Shown: one piece after another, positions 1-11,059 of the stretch | Layout of the letters: each line of letters opens with the position of its first letter | How positions within the stretch are numbered: position 1 is the first letter of the stretch | Assembly: GCA_050084515.1 (NCBI GenBank) | Contig: CM114271.1 | Location: 3,596,001-3,660,000, forward strand | From: Blasia pusilla | Taxonomy: Eukaryota | Direction: 5' to 3' | Length of the DNA: 64,000 nt | The notes under the pieces: model-generated | What the model was told of the DNA's origin: nothing | Seen by the model: the letters and a program-made list of their open reading frames with translations, nothing else | The model's database searches: none | Translations under genes and position numbers: made by a program

Positions 1-210
1 CAAAAGCGAAACGAAGATGTTTTTAAATGTGCAACAACTTACTCACAATTTCCAAGAATTGGACTCAATGTTGGAAGTAGAAATTAAATAAGATTGTGCT
101 ACTTACAAGTTCTACATCTTTGTTTTTTTTCAACTTGCATAGGGTATGATCTTGGATTTTTTCACTCTTTCAATTCCCACTATTTCTTATTTTCTTTTCT
201 TTACTTGACA

Positions 211-387
211 TCTATATTATTATTGGAGCGCGCCTTCTTGATTTGCAAACACCTCTATATTTGACACATGACAATTAGGCAGCAAGAAAATGTTTCTTAC
301 ACTACGGGCAACGAGAGTTTTTTTTTGAATTTGTATGTCACGTAATTAGCTTCTTCACTCTCGTGCATGGCACGCACTGTACACTAC
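211..387 (+). mobile_element. Short non-autonomous Helitron (copy 1)
   Basis: Starts A|TCTATATTATTATTGGAG. Ends with hairpin CGTGC-atg-GCACG, a short spacer and CTAC|T (degenerate CTRR). The 5' ~80 bp align with the copies at 45474-45604 (-) and 54935-55193 (+). Confidence 0.65.
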
Positions 388-793
388 TTTCCATAATTCC
401 CCGAACAATAATTGAAAGTAAGTACTTGTGAATGTTTTCACTACAAACTAATCATGACCAAATCTAATATTAGGCACTTTAAGTTTTTCAAATCATCTTA
501 TTGATTTCTCCATTGAAATCTCCCCACTTCCTCATGCATGGTATTTTTTTCAATTCCTAGGTGGAGTCCAAGAATGACAAAGAAAATATGACAATCACAA
601 GTACGACTTACATCCTAAGCCTATGATGAATGACTCATAGCCATGCACTACCACATACAAATTGCAATCAACTCTTGCATCGAATCTCCAAATCCATACA
701 CTCCTTTATTGCAACACTAGCATATTCTAAGTACAACGGCCTTTGGCCCAAGATTCCAATGGGTACAAGTCATGTCTCTAGCTTCTCCTCGTA

Positions 794-1375
794 CTAACGT
801 ATGTGCTTCGCTTGTGTTTGCTTGAAGTCTCGCAACAACTCTTGCGCGTGTTCCAAATCCGCCTCCGCAATCCAAGTCGCCTCCTTCACATGATAGCCCT
901 TCCATTTAACCAAGTATTCATACTTGTTGGCCTGACGCCTCGACCGTAAGATGGTCTCCACCTCAAACTCCGGCTCTTCATTTATGATCACCGGGTGCGG
1001 TCTCACCACCTGTCTTCGCTCGAAACGTCCATTATCTTGAAGATATTTCTTCAACAATGAAACATGAAAGGTCAGGTGAATCTTGAACTTGTCCAGCAGC
1101 TCCAATGTATATACATCCTCAAACGGGTTTGCCACTATCACATACGGTCCAACATACTTGGCAGACAGCTTCGCAGACAACTCTTTCGCAAGAGTGAGAT
1201 TCTTCACACTCAACCACACTTGGTCTCCAACTTGCAATCGTACTTGGCGCCGACTCTTGTTAACATGCTTAACGTACTTCATTTGAGCCTTTGCAAGACT
1301 TCGCCTTGATCGCTCTTCCCATTCTCGCATTTCTACCAACAAACCTTCTGCCGTCGCTTGTCGTATTCGTGCCAA
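794..1375 (-). pseudogene. Gypsy integrase C-terminus (GPY/F motif) plus chromodomain
   Basis: KLSAKYVGPY..IHLTFHVSLLKKY, then EFEVETILRSR..YEYLVKWKGYHVKEATWIAEADL (chromodomain). Separated from the upstream pol ORF by a disruption at ~1376-1420. Confidence 0.9.
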
Positions 1376-1420
1376 TGTAGTACCCTTCGAAAGGGCTAGG
1401 TCAAGAGGCCCTTCTGGCTC

Positions 1421-3325
1421 TCATCCATTTTCCAGGAGAAACGGAGATTCTCCAGTTGCAAAATATTTGGTCGAGTTGTAGCAGTACTCCTCCATGCTCA
1501 ACCACTTGACCCAATCTCGTTGATCAGCATTGACATAATTCCCTAAGTACTGATTCACGATTGAGTTTACCTTTTCAGTCTGTCCATCCGTCTGTGGGTG
1601 GAAAGCCGTACTGAAACTGAGCTTGGTCTTAAACCTCCTGAACAAGTGCTTCCAGAAAGCACTGGTAAACTTTGGATCCCGATCTAAAACAATGCTCCTC
1701 GGCAAACCGTGAGCCTGCCACCAGCTATCAAGAAACAGTTGCGACGTCGTATAAGCCGTTGCGGAATCCACCGTCGGCACGAATCTTGCCAACTTGCTAA
1801 ACTGATCAACAATCATAAGTATAGCGTTGTATCCCTTAGATTTCGGAAGACTCGTAATGAAATCCATACTCACACTTTGCAAGGGTCCTTCTGGGATCGG
1901 CAAGGGATGCAACAAGCCTTGTTTCTTATCATAAGAAACTCTATTCGCTTGGCAGGTCACACAAGTCTTCACATATTGAGCAACATCCTCTTTCATGTTG
2001 GGCCAAAAGAACCGCTTCGACAGAACAACCAGCATAGATTTCTCTCCTTTATGTCCTGCCAAGGGTCCGTTGTGACACTCCGCTAACACTTTGGTTCGCA
2101 TCCTGCCTTGCCCTACATAGATCCTACTGTGCTTGAACCTTAGTAAACCATGCCTCAAACTTATGTTGGCCACCTTCTCACCATGCTTCAACTTCCTCAG
2201 GTACTCCCCTGCGTGAGCATCCTTCATATATCCTTCACGAATCCTTTTTTCTAGGTCTATTTCTTTAGGGAACATTGCTCTCAAAACCTGTGTCGTCAAT
2301 GGCATGTGTTCCTCCTTGCGACTCAACACATCTGGAATCACATTATCTTTACCTGGCTTGTGAATCAACTCAACATCCATCAGCGCCAAGGTATCATGCC
2401 ATCGCAGTTGCTTCGGTGTCACTCGATCCCGGGTCTCAAAATACTTGAGTGATATATTATCGGTGAATACTTGAGTCTTGTGGAGCCCTAAATAATACCG
2501 CCACTTCCTCAAGCAATGTACCACCGCGAACAACTCTTTCTCGTGAGTGGGCCATCTCCTTTCAGTATTGCTAAGCTTCTTGCTCTCGTATGCTACAGGT
2601 CTCCCTTCTTGCACCAACATTCCTGCAACCGCGAAATCACTAGCATCGATATGCACTTTGAACGGTTTGTCAAACTCCGGCAGATTCAATACTGGTTCCT
2701 GTGATAGAATCTGCTTCACTCGGCTGAATGCCTCATTAACTTCATGGGTCCAAGTCGTGTTGGCAAACTTTGCTGTCCAATCCGTTAGAGGTCTCACAAT
2801 TCCCAAATTTTTTTTCACATAAGTGCGATAGAACTGCACCGCACCTATGAACCTCCTCATCCCCTTTTCAGTGGATGGGGGTTCCCACTCGACAATCGCT
2901 TTCACCTTCTCCATGTCAGGACTGACGCCATCTGCACTGACCACGTGACCCAAGAATTTGATCTTGCTCAAACCAAATTCGCTCTTCTCTACATTCGCAT
3001 ATAGCTGATTTGCCCTTAACTTAGACAAGACCGCTCTCACATGTCGAACGTGCTCCTCTAGTGACTTCGAATAGATAAGTATGTCATCAATATAGATGAT
3101 AACATACTCATCCATTTCCTTGTGAAAAATGGAGTTCATCAATGTGGTGAACGTCGAAGGCGCTTTACATAGACCGAAAGGCATCACTACAAACTCAAAG
3201 GAACCGTATCTTGTCCTACACGCAGTCTTCTCCACATCTGCCTCGGCAATCCGGATCTGGTAATATCCTGACTTCAAGTCAATCCTATTGAAACATCTCG
3301 CGCCTGCCAGCCTATCGAAGAGATC
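1421..3325 (-). pseudogene. Gypsy pol: reverse transcriptase, RNase H and integrase core
   Basis: DLKSGYYQIRI, MPFGLCKAPSTF, YIDDILIYS (RT); HIDASDFAVAG, EKELFAVV (RNase H); H..H..CVTCQ zinc finger, SMDFIT, DRDPKF, HPQTDGQTE (integrase). Confidence 0.95.
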
Positions 3326-4389
3326 CTATTACTAACCTTTGGTTTCGAACACACTTTCGCCCGGTGCCCCGGTTCGCCACAATTGTAGCATATGACCTTT
3401 CCATTCCCTGACTTCGAGTGCTGTCCTCCTCTTGGCTTTGCATGAAGTTCCACTCATTTTGCTGCCGGGGCAGACAACTCTCCTGGATCGTGCTGGCCCC
3501 CACTCCACACTCTTTTGAACGTCTCCTTATTTTTCGACTTCTTCAAAAAACCTTTTGGCTCAAAGGGTTTCTGGGTTTGGACCTCATCGTCCCCAATCCA
3601 CTTCGCTAGCTTCAGAAGATCCGCGCAGGTATCTGGCAAGGTCGACATTCGGTAAAGGGCCTTTTTAGCGCTCGGCTTGAGTCCACTAATGAAGATAGCC
3701 TTCTTCGCGTGCTCATCCATCTTTGGAAGAGAATTCAGTTTTGCACTAAACTCCCTCACATACGCGCTTAAGGAACCAGTCTGCTGCATCCGCACACATT
3801 CCACCGTGTCGCGCAACCCTTAGTACTCCGGAGTGAATAGATCCCCAATCAACACCTTAAACTCCTCCCAACTCAGAGGTGACTCGCCGGCCAACTATTC
3901 CTCTCGTTGAGCTGTCCACCATTGTAGCGCATGATCCTTCAGGAAAGTAACGGCTACCGTCACCTTGTCCTGCTCAGCTGCCCTCTGCGCCTCGAAGTAC
4001 AGTTCCAGTTCCGTAAGGAAATCCTTCACTTTCCGCGAGCGCCCCACCCCAGTGAATGGCGTAGGCAGGTTTATCTTGCAGAGCTTTTTGCCCGCACCCG
4101 GAGTTCGGGTGGCCTCTAACTCTGCAATCCGCTTGCTTTGCTGGGACATCTGCTCCACCAACAGCTTCAACAAGTCCAACATCTGGCTTGACTCGGTCGG
4201 TTATCTTCAGTTTGGGCCCGATGGCCCCGCGGAAGGATTCACCTCTGGAACGTCCTCACGTCTGGCGTTCAGCTCTTCGGGAGTCTCCGTCTCCTCCATA
4301 GCTTCACGGTCCGGCATTGGTTCCTCTCTTGGTTTGCGTCGCTTGATTGGGCGCTTCTTGGGTTGTTCTCCCTCGATTGCCATTTTCAA
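3326..4389 (-). pseudogene. Gypsy gag with CCHC zinc knuckle, fragmented
   Basis: ORFs 3895-4182 (PFTG..FLTELELYF..FLKDHALQWW) and 3454-3816 (QTGSLSAYVREF). The knuckle CYNCGEPGHRAKVC is read at ~3350-3390 on the - strand. Confidence 0.85.
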
Positions 4390-4518
4390 GCCAACTCACT
4401 CAGATCTCCTCCTTGTTTCTTGCGTCCCTCCTTGAGCGTCTGAGTCTAGCCGCTACCTTGGGTTTTCCCAAGCGTCCGGTTGATCCTACAACCCCAAGTT
4501 CTCGCTCACCAAGGATTA

Positions 4519-4530
4519 GCTCTGATACCA
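4519..4530 (-). other. Primer binding site, tRNA-iMet type (TGGTATCAGAGC)
   Basis: + strand reads gctctgatacca, 2 nt from the LTR terminus at 4533. Confidence 0.9.
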
Positions 4531-4532
4531 CT

Positions 4533-5531
4533 TGTCGCGCCCCTACTCTCCTTGAACGTCAATCTTTAGTGTTGCGGAAGCATACGTTCAGTAGGACACG
4601 ATCTCATTGCCGATCTGCACCCAAACACGCACTCTCATCAGCTGGGTCCGGGCCAACCAGCGTTCCAACCCACCGAGTTCTCAACTTGGCGTCTCATCAA
4701 GTTCAACCTCCTTAATTCTTAGTTCCCAAAACATGGCAAGTCCTTCAAGACTTGGAACAGACTTCCTGATTTGTCCAGGAACCTAAAATGGCACTTGCGC
4801 GCCTAGCGATCCCAACTGTTCAACGAACCTCGTGCGAGTTCCAAACCGAGACCCAAGTAATTGAGTCGCGGGGTGAAATCCAAGAGGGATGTCTAAAATC
4901 GCCTACGTAGACTTGGTTCAGGTTTTCCAACCCAACCCCAAACTCTCGATCCGTTCCATGCCCTTGAGCCGCCCCATGGCGCCCAAAGTAGGGTTCGAGT
5001 TCCAAGCACTCTCGGAGACCTTCCCCTTTACTAGTACTTCTGGGTTTCTCCAATAACCCCCCCCCTTTGGAAAAGGAGGGTCGGGCCCTTCATTGTGGCC
5101 CTCAACCCGACTCTACTTACAGTCGTTTCCGGGTTGTTTCTCAACCGCTGCTTATGCGTTTGCAGAGATCTTTAGTGCATTGAACGGATTTCCATAAGCC
5201 TTCCAACGCACCCTTGTTTAATCCAAACGCATCTTGGCGCTAAAATTTATGGTTATAAATACAGTCGGAAACTCTCAAACGCTAGTGGCGTTCCAAATCT
5301 AAATTCTTCCTTTGGCAACCCACTTCCTAGACTCAACTCCTTTCAAGTCTTGTTCCGCGTTTGGTCCAGGTTTCTCAGTCGCGACCATAACATCTGAAAC
5401 GCGAAGCCTCGCTGGCATCTCGTCTCTTGTCTCTTCTTCAAGACTACTCCAACGCGCAAACCATCTTAGCGTGAGCCCGCTAATGTTCCGATGTTCCGCT
5501 TGGAACTCGTTTGGTCATGAGGGTTGCGACA
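4533..5531 (-). repeat. LTR (~1.0 kb) of the chromovirus element
   Basis: Inverted termini TGTCGCGCCC...GGGTTGCGACA. Boundaries are confirmed by the homologous solo LTR at 57760-58776. Confidence 0.85.
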
Positions 5532-6258
5532 TTCACCTTCCTAAGTTGGTTGGTTGCCCTGGCGAGTCATTTCCGCTCCCTTTAAACTGCTGCGCCGCTC
5601 CATTTTTGGCTTCCAAAACCGTCGTGACGGTTCATTATTTACAATCTTGGCGCTCTTCGCAGTCTTTGTAGTCTTTATCTTCGCGCGAAGACTCTTCTCC
5701 TTTTGTCGCCGTGAAGAGTCCTCCTTTCTACTTTCTTTCAATCAATTGTATCCAAAGCATTCTGTGTCTTTCTACTCCTATTCTTAATATACCTTCCCGC
5801 TTTGTGAAGACTCTTTGACTTCTTCTGCTTCTTCCCCTTCCTTCTTTGAGTTCTTAGTCTTTGCTCTTGAGTCTTCGCTCTTTGTTCTTCATTCTTTGTA
5901 CCCAGTCTTCCCACAAACACTACCTTCATTCTTCTTTGCAAAGAAGCTTTCCAGTCTTTGTTGATTTTCTTTTATACTGTTCTTACTACGGTCTTCCTTG
6001 CGAAGCACCCGCGTCTATTCTTCTAACTTCTTTGTCTATCTTTCCTTACTTTTACACAATTCTCACTCTTCCAAGATAGTCCTTAATCTTTTAACATCTC
6101 TTGTCCTCTCATCAGAGTTCTATCAATCAATGTTTTCACACAATTTCAGTAAAGTAAGACTCTTTACTTCTGGTATTGAGTCTTTAGTCTTCGCTCAAGG
6201 AAGACTTCTGTACAAAAATTGATCTTTCTGTCAAAATTTCAAAAACATGGGCACTACA

Positions 6259-6911
6259 CTGTGTGATAGGGTCCGAGCATCGTTCAAGGCTCCGACTCCA
6301 CAGTTGCATCCACTTTCGATCATGGATTTAGGTTATAGATGGAGTTTGGATTTTGCAAGACCTTTACCATTGACCGAGCGCCATAGTCGTTATATGTTGG
6401 TGATGGTCTAGCACTTCTCGAAGTGGATAAAGTTGGTTGCGTTTCCTGATAAAGCGAGTGAGGGAGTAGCGTATGCCTTCCTAGATCAAGTGTTGAGTCA
6501 TTACGATGTACCAAGTCAGGTATTGACACACCAGGGTACGGAGTTTTGTGGGGAGTTTCAGGCCTTGTGTGAGCAGGCGTTGATCGACCACTTCACCAAT
6601 TCGCGAGATCATCTTGAGCCAGATGGACTAGCGGAGAGGGTTGTGCAGATGATGAAGAGAGGTTTATGCAAGTATGGCTTGTAGAGAGGTCATCTTCAGT
6701 TCCCGTGGTTGGCGATGGGATACAGATTCAACAGACAGGCATCCTTAGCGTATTTCTCATCGTACTTGCTGCTTTATGGTCGAGAGCCAGATTTACTTGC
6801 GGCCATTTGTCGAGATGCTGGTGAGGTGTTGAACCTTGATAACCCTCATGTATGGATGCAAGCATGTTCTCACAGGGCTGAGTTGTTTCGGAGAGTGATG
6901 TCCATGGCGTT
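6259..6911 (+). pseudogene. Integrase fragment of a different Gypsy-type element
   Basis: Reads CDRVRASF..LHPLSI..RWSLDFARPLP..HFSKWI..VAYAFLDQVL..VLTHQGTEF..DGLAERVVQ (DDE core) with stops. Interrupted at both ends by LTR-like termini. Confidence 0.85.
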
Positions 6912-9400
6912 TGATCATGGATAGGACATAGGAGCCAGCGGACTGTCTTGAGTGTAACTTTGTCCCGAGGTATCGAATGAGGTTGAGGATAGGTCCGTTG
7001 TGTTAGGAACATCGTTTCTGTCAACTTTCATGTTGAGATCTTTCACAACTTGGTGACTTGTTGAGCAGGTCACCCGCCCCTGATAACCTATGCGCGTAGG
7101 TTACCAAGAGGATAGCTATTTTTAGGGGAAGAACCCTTTGGCTCTTCCCAACCCTATATAAGTGAGGAAGATGGCTTTCCTAAGCCATCTTTCTCATGCT
7201 GGGCCTTTGGAGCACCTCTCTTGTTATGTGTGAGATAGGACCAAGGTGCTAGCGTCTAGATTTCCTAAGAGCACATGGTGGACAAAGCTCAATATGCCAA
7301 TGTAGATTGAGGAGTGGAGATTTAGGCCGGGTGTGCCATTTTCACTACTCTTTATTTTTACATGAGAAAGATGTCAGGGGGCAGGAGGGAATTCATTGTT
7401 TGCAGCTAGGCAAGCGAGTTGCCTCGATGGGGAGTCCTTGGAGACGCTGGTTGGCATTTTTTTGTCTTTTTCTTGTTCGAAAGGCCATGCGCGGAAGCGA
7501 TGTCCATTTTTATCGGATTTCTCTAGTGCCGGTTGACATAGGACAACGATTGGGCATAGCGCAAAGTGGGGCGGCAAGTATATTGACAAGAGTTACAAGA
7601 GAAGGAGAAGAGGAGTGTGAAACCTGACTTGCAGTTGTCAGGGGGCTATCAAGTAAAGGCGGCCAAGCTAGGGCGTAACCGCCTAGGGCTAGGGTTAGGT
7701 TGCAGGTCACGGCGAGCCGAGGCCATGACAGAGGTGGACGGAAGGTGGGATGGGGCGGAGGCGGAAAGAAGGCGGGACAGGGCGGAGGCGCACGAAGTCG
7801 GGGGCAGTGAGCCACGGTCCTTCCCTTCCACGTATCCACCTCCCCCCCCATATTAAAGGAGGGTCGCGTCAGGCGGTCCCCCCTCTCTCTTCCCCCCTAA
7901 GTTTTGGAGGCCCGCATAGGGCTGCGGGCGCCCCCCCTCTCCCCATAGGGACGCAAGCCAAGGGCCCGACCCCTTTTGGGCGCACGTGGTATGCAGGATA
8001 AACATGGTAAGGAGGGCAAACATAGTAGGCAAGGCAGACATGGTGGGTCGGGTGGACGTGGTAGAGGCGTATGTGACGTGATAGACGAGCTGACATGGTT
8101 GCATTTGGATGGGGTTGAGTTGAGGTTGCGAGGCGCGTCTGGGGGTGGGCAGAGAGATTTTCAAGACATGATGTTTCTCGGGCGTGGATGGGATTTGCGA
8201 GGATTCTGATGGAGACATACACGCCGATGCTGATGGGATGTTTGACGTGTTGGTTGAGGAGAGTGTTCTGCTGCGGAGGTTGATGTACCACATGGAGGAG
8301 TGAGTGTGGACAATGCGGTAGGTTGGAGGGCGTGATCAGGTTACCTATTCGATTCCCTTTTCCCGCACTTATCTTTTGTGATTGAGAGTGCTGGATATCG
8401 GGTTGTTGTTGGGGCTAGATGGATGTAGCGATGGTGACGAGTGTAGTCTCCATGCATGTGTGGCATGTCTGTGGATATACAACGATTTCCGAGTAGGGAT
8501 CATGTGTATGATGCGAGAGTGTTAGTGGTTTAGGTGAGATAGTTGGGAGGCTCATGGTGAGCCACAGTGTTGAGTGTACATGAGGCCGGGTGTTTCGTCA
8601 CGGGATTACCATTAGTGTAGGTGAGCTAGTGAGGAGTGTGGGATACTCTTGATGAGTCTGAGTGCTTGAGTGGATGAGACAGGGTTGTCATCACGACGTT
8701 CTTCCCGGGTTTGGAAAAAGGGGTAGTGCGAGCAATAGTAGTGGTGTGCCACGGAGTGGAGTGAGATACCGAGGGGTTACTAATGAGGAGCTACCTCAAC
8801 ATCCATTCGTGGCTGGATCGTCATCACTAGACAGCGGCTCTGTTGACGAGATCGCAGACGGAGGCAGTGTCACTTGGTAGGAGATGGACAACATGGGCCA
8901 TCGGGGCATGCATCGTTTCTCGAGTGCAGTGGGCACCATCGACTGAGATGACTTTATCCAAGAGTTCGACATGTGGTGCGATTTCCAGGAGATACGGACC
9001 TCGACATGGTTCAACCCTTTCATGGCATGGAAGGGGTTGTTCCTGCATTTGGAGGGTCCTGCGATGGATGATTATATGGAGTTTCGATCACTATAGTTAA
9101 TAGATATTGATGCATGGAGGATGTATTGGGCTCTAAGGTATGTGTTCACTAGTGGTCACGAGGCATATGATGGGATCGTGAGAGGAGAGAGACCCACACC
9201 ATAAGCCCGGAGACTAGATGGAGAAGAGGGCACTGAGATAGGCAATGTGGCAAAGACCTCTAGTGGTATAGGGCCACCCAACTTCAGTCCCACAATGGAG
9301 TTCTTCCGAAATTTGGGGAAGAGCTACTAGGGTGTACGCATCGACAAGCTGAAGAGTCTACAAGATTTTCAGCGATGATCGGGTGAGAGTCTGAGAGAGG
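6912..9400 (+). mobile_element. Truncated Gypsy-type element: putative 5' LTR (6912-8338) and gag relic (~8884-9400)
   Basis: Termini TGATCATG...CGTGATCA, TATA-like ctatataa at ~7155. The gag relic MDNMGHRG..DDFIQEFDMWCD..FNPFMAWKGLFLHLEG..EFF is homologous to 15953-16450. Confidence 0.65.
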
Positions 9401-11059
9401 TGTCACAACTTTCTAGGATAGATCAGATAGATCAGAGAGACCTGGTAGAGCGCCTTTGCAAGTAGAGGAGGACACGCTCATGAGGTTGAGGATGACCTGC
9501 TATCGTCCTGGGAAACATGAGAGAGCAGGTTTCCCTTTTGTTTCGGCTCATTTGGAGCCATATATAGAAACTCACTATTTTGGGTAAGTTTCTATGTTTG
9601 GTAGAGTTGATTTTCCACTTTTGGAAGTGGCCTTTGACCCGCTACAATAGGTCAAGAGCCAAGGAGGTGACCTGCGAGCATAGGTTACCGAGGAGAGAGC
9701 TTGGGAGGGGGAAGGGGGTATACCTTAAGGAGAGAGAGCTTGAGAGCTCATTCTCTCTTTGTTGAACCTCTTGGCATGAAGCGGCGGACCTATGGTCTTG
9801 CTTGCCTTGTGTGTATAACCCAAGCCTTTCATTAGGAGAGTGGGTTTGGTTTGACATGAGAGACAGTGCACACCATGGAGAGATTGGTGTGAGATGTTGA
9901 GAGAGATCCATTTGATTTAGAAAGAGAGAATGAGTGAGTGAGAGAGCTTCATGGGGAGCTTGCTGGTCACTTGCTAGTTTTGCAGGTTGGGGATTGTATT
10001 CCCCATGCAGCGGTTCATGGGAGTGCTCATCGGAGCAAGAGCCGCTCACTTTTGATGTTTCCTTTGCCGATTTTTTGTGTGGAAGAGCTGCCCAATTTTT
10101 AATAGGGATTGAGTATGGGGCTAGGTTGCCCCATGCCGGTGTAGCTTTCTGGTTTATTTTTTCATCGGTTTTCGATTTGCGTTGGGAGAAATCAGCGTGG
10201 AAGCGCTGCCAAATTTTGTGTAGGAGAAAGAGACGTTGGGCTCCATGACAGTCCCCGTCACTTTTTGGTGGAAGATCAAATGGATAAATCAACTTGATGA
10301 GGTTTTAGATCAAGAAGATGTGCACGGTGTGGAAGAAATGGTGCACAATTTCAGCATTTTAAAGAGAAGTTACAATAGTTCTTGTGTGGTTGCCATAGCC
10401 ACCATTCCAAGGTGTGAGTGAAATTGCAAAATCCTTGGTGATTTCTTGAGTGGTAGAGAAAAATAAAAAATGATTGTTATCTTAGTGGATAGGACAAGGG
10501 CACATGTCCCTGGAGGTAGAAGTTGAGTGAAAATATATCTTAGGGAGAAGTTGACCCATGTGGTGAGGGATATGTCAGCCAAATCTCATGCTGACCAGGT
10601 CTAGGAGGGTGGACCCCAAGTTACGGGGGGTTATTGGAGTAAAAGGCCAAAACTAGGTAGGGGGAAGTGGACCAAGTTAGGCTAAACACATCCGCCACAG
10701 CCGCCCATGGTGACCGCCGGACCCGAGGAGCCATATTAGCGGTCATTACTGCCGTCTTTGCCGCTTGACTCTCACCGTCGGCCACGCGCATGGTCCACCG
10801 CAGTTCACGACTGCGCAGTATTACCGCGGCCTGACCTTGCAGCCGTTTGTGCCTCCTTCGGCCGTGCCTTCCCCACAGCTGCAACCACCCTTTTTTTTTC
10901 TTTTTCTCTATGTCCTTATTATGTAGCTGTACACGTTCCTCGTTCACGTTTGACCCATGTTTTTCCTCCCTTATCCCACTCTATTCCCATCTATTTTTTC
11001 CATCTATTCTTTTTCCATATCACTAGTACCTCCATACTATCTCTACATTATTTTGGGAA

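Larger units (their letters stand above)
794..5531 (-). mobile_element. Ty3/Gypsy chromovirus LTR retrotransposon, internally deleted, 3' LTR not seen
   Basis: Order on the - strand is LTR (4533-5531), PBS-Met, gag, RT-RNaseH-integrase, chromodomain. Confidence 0.93.
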
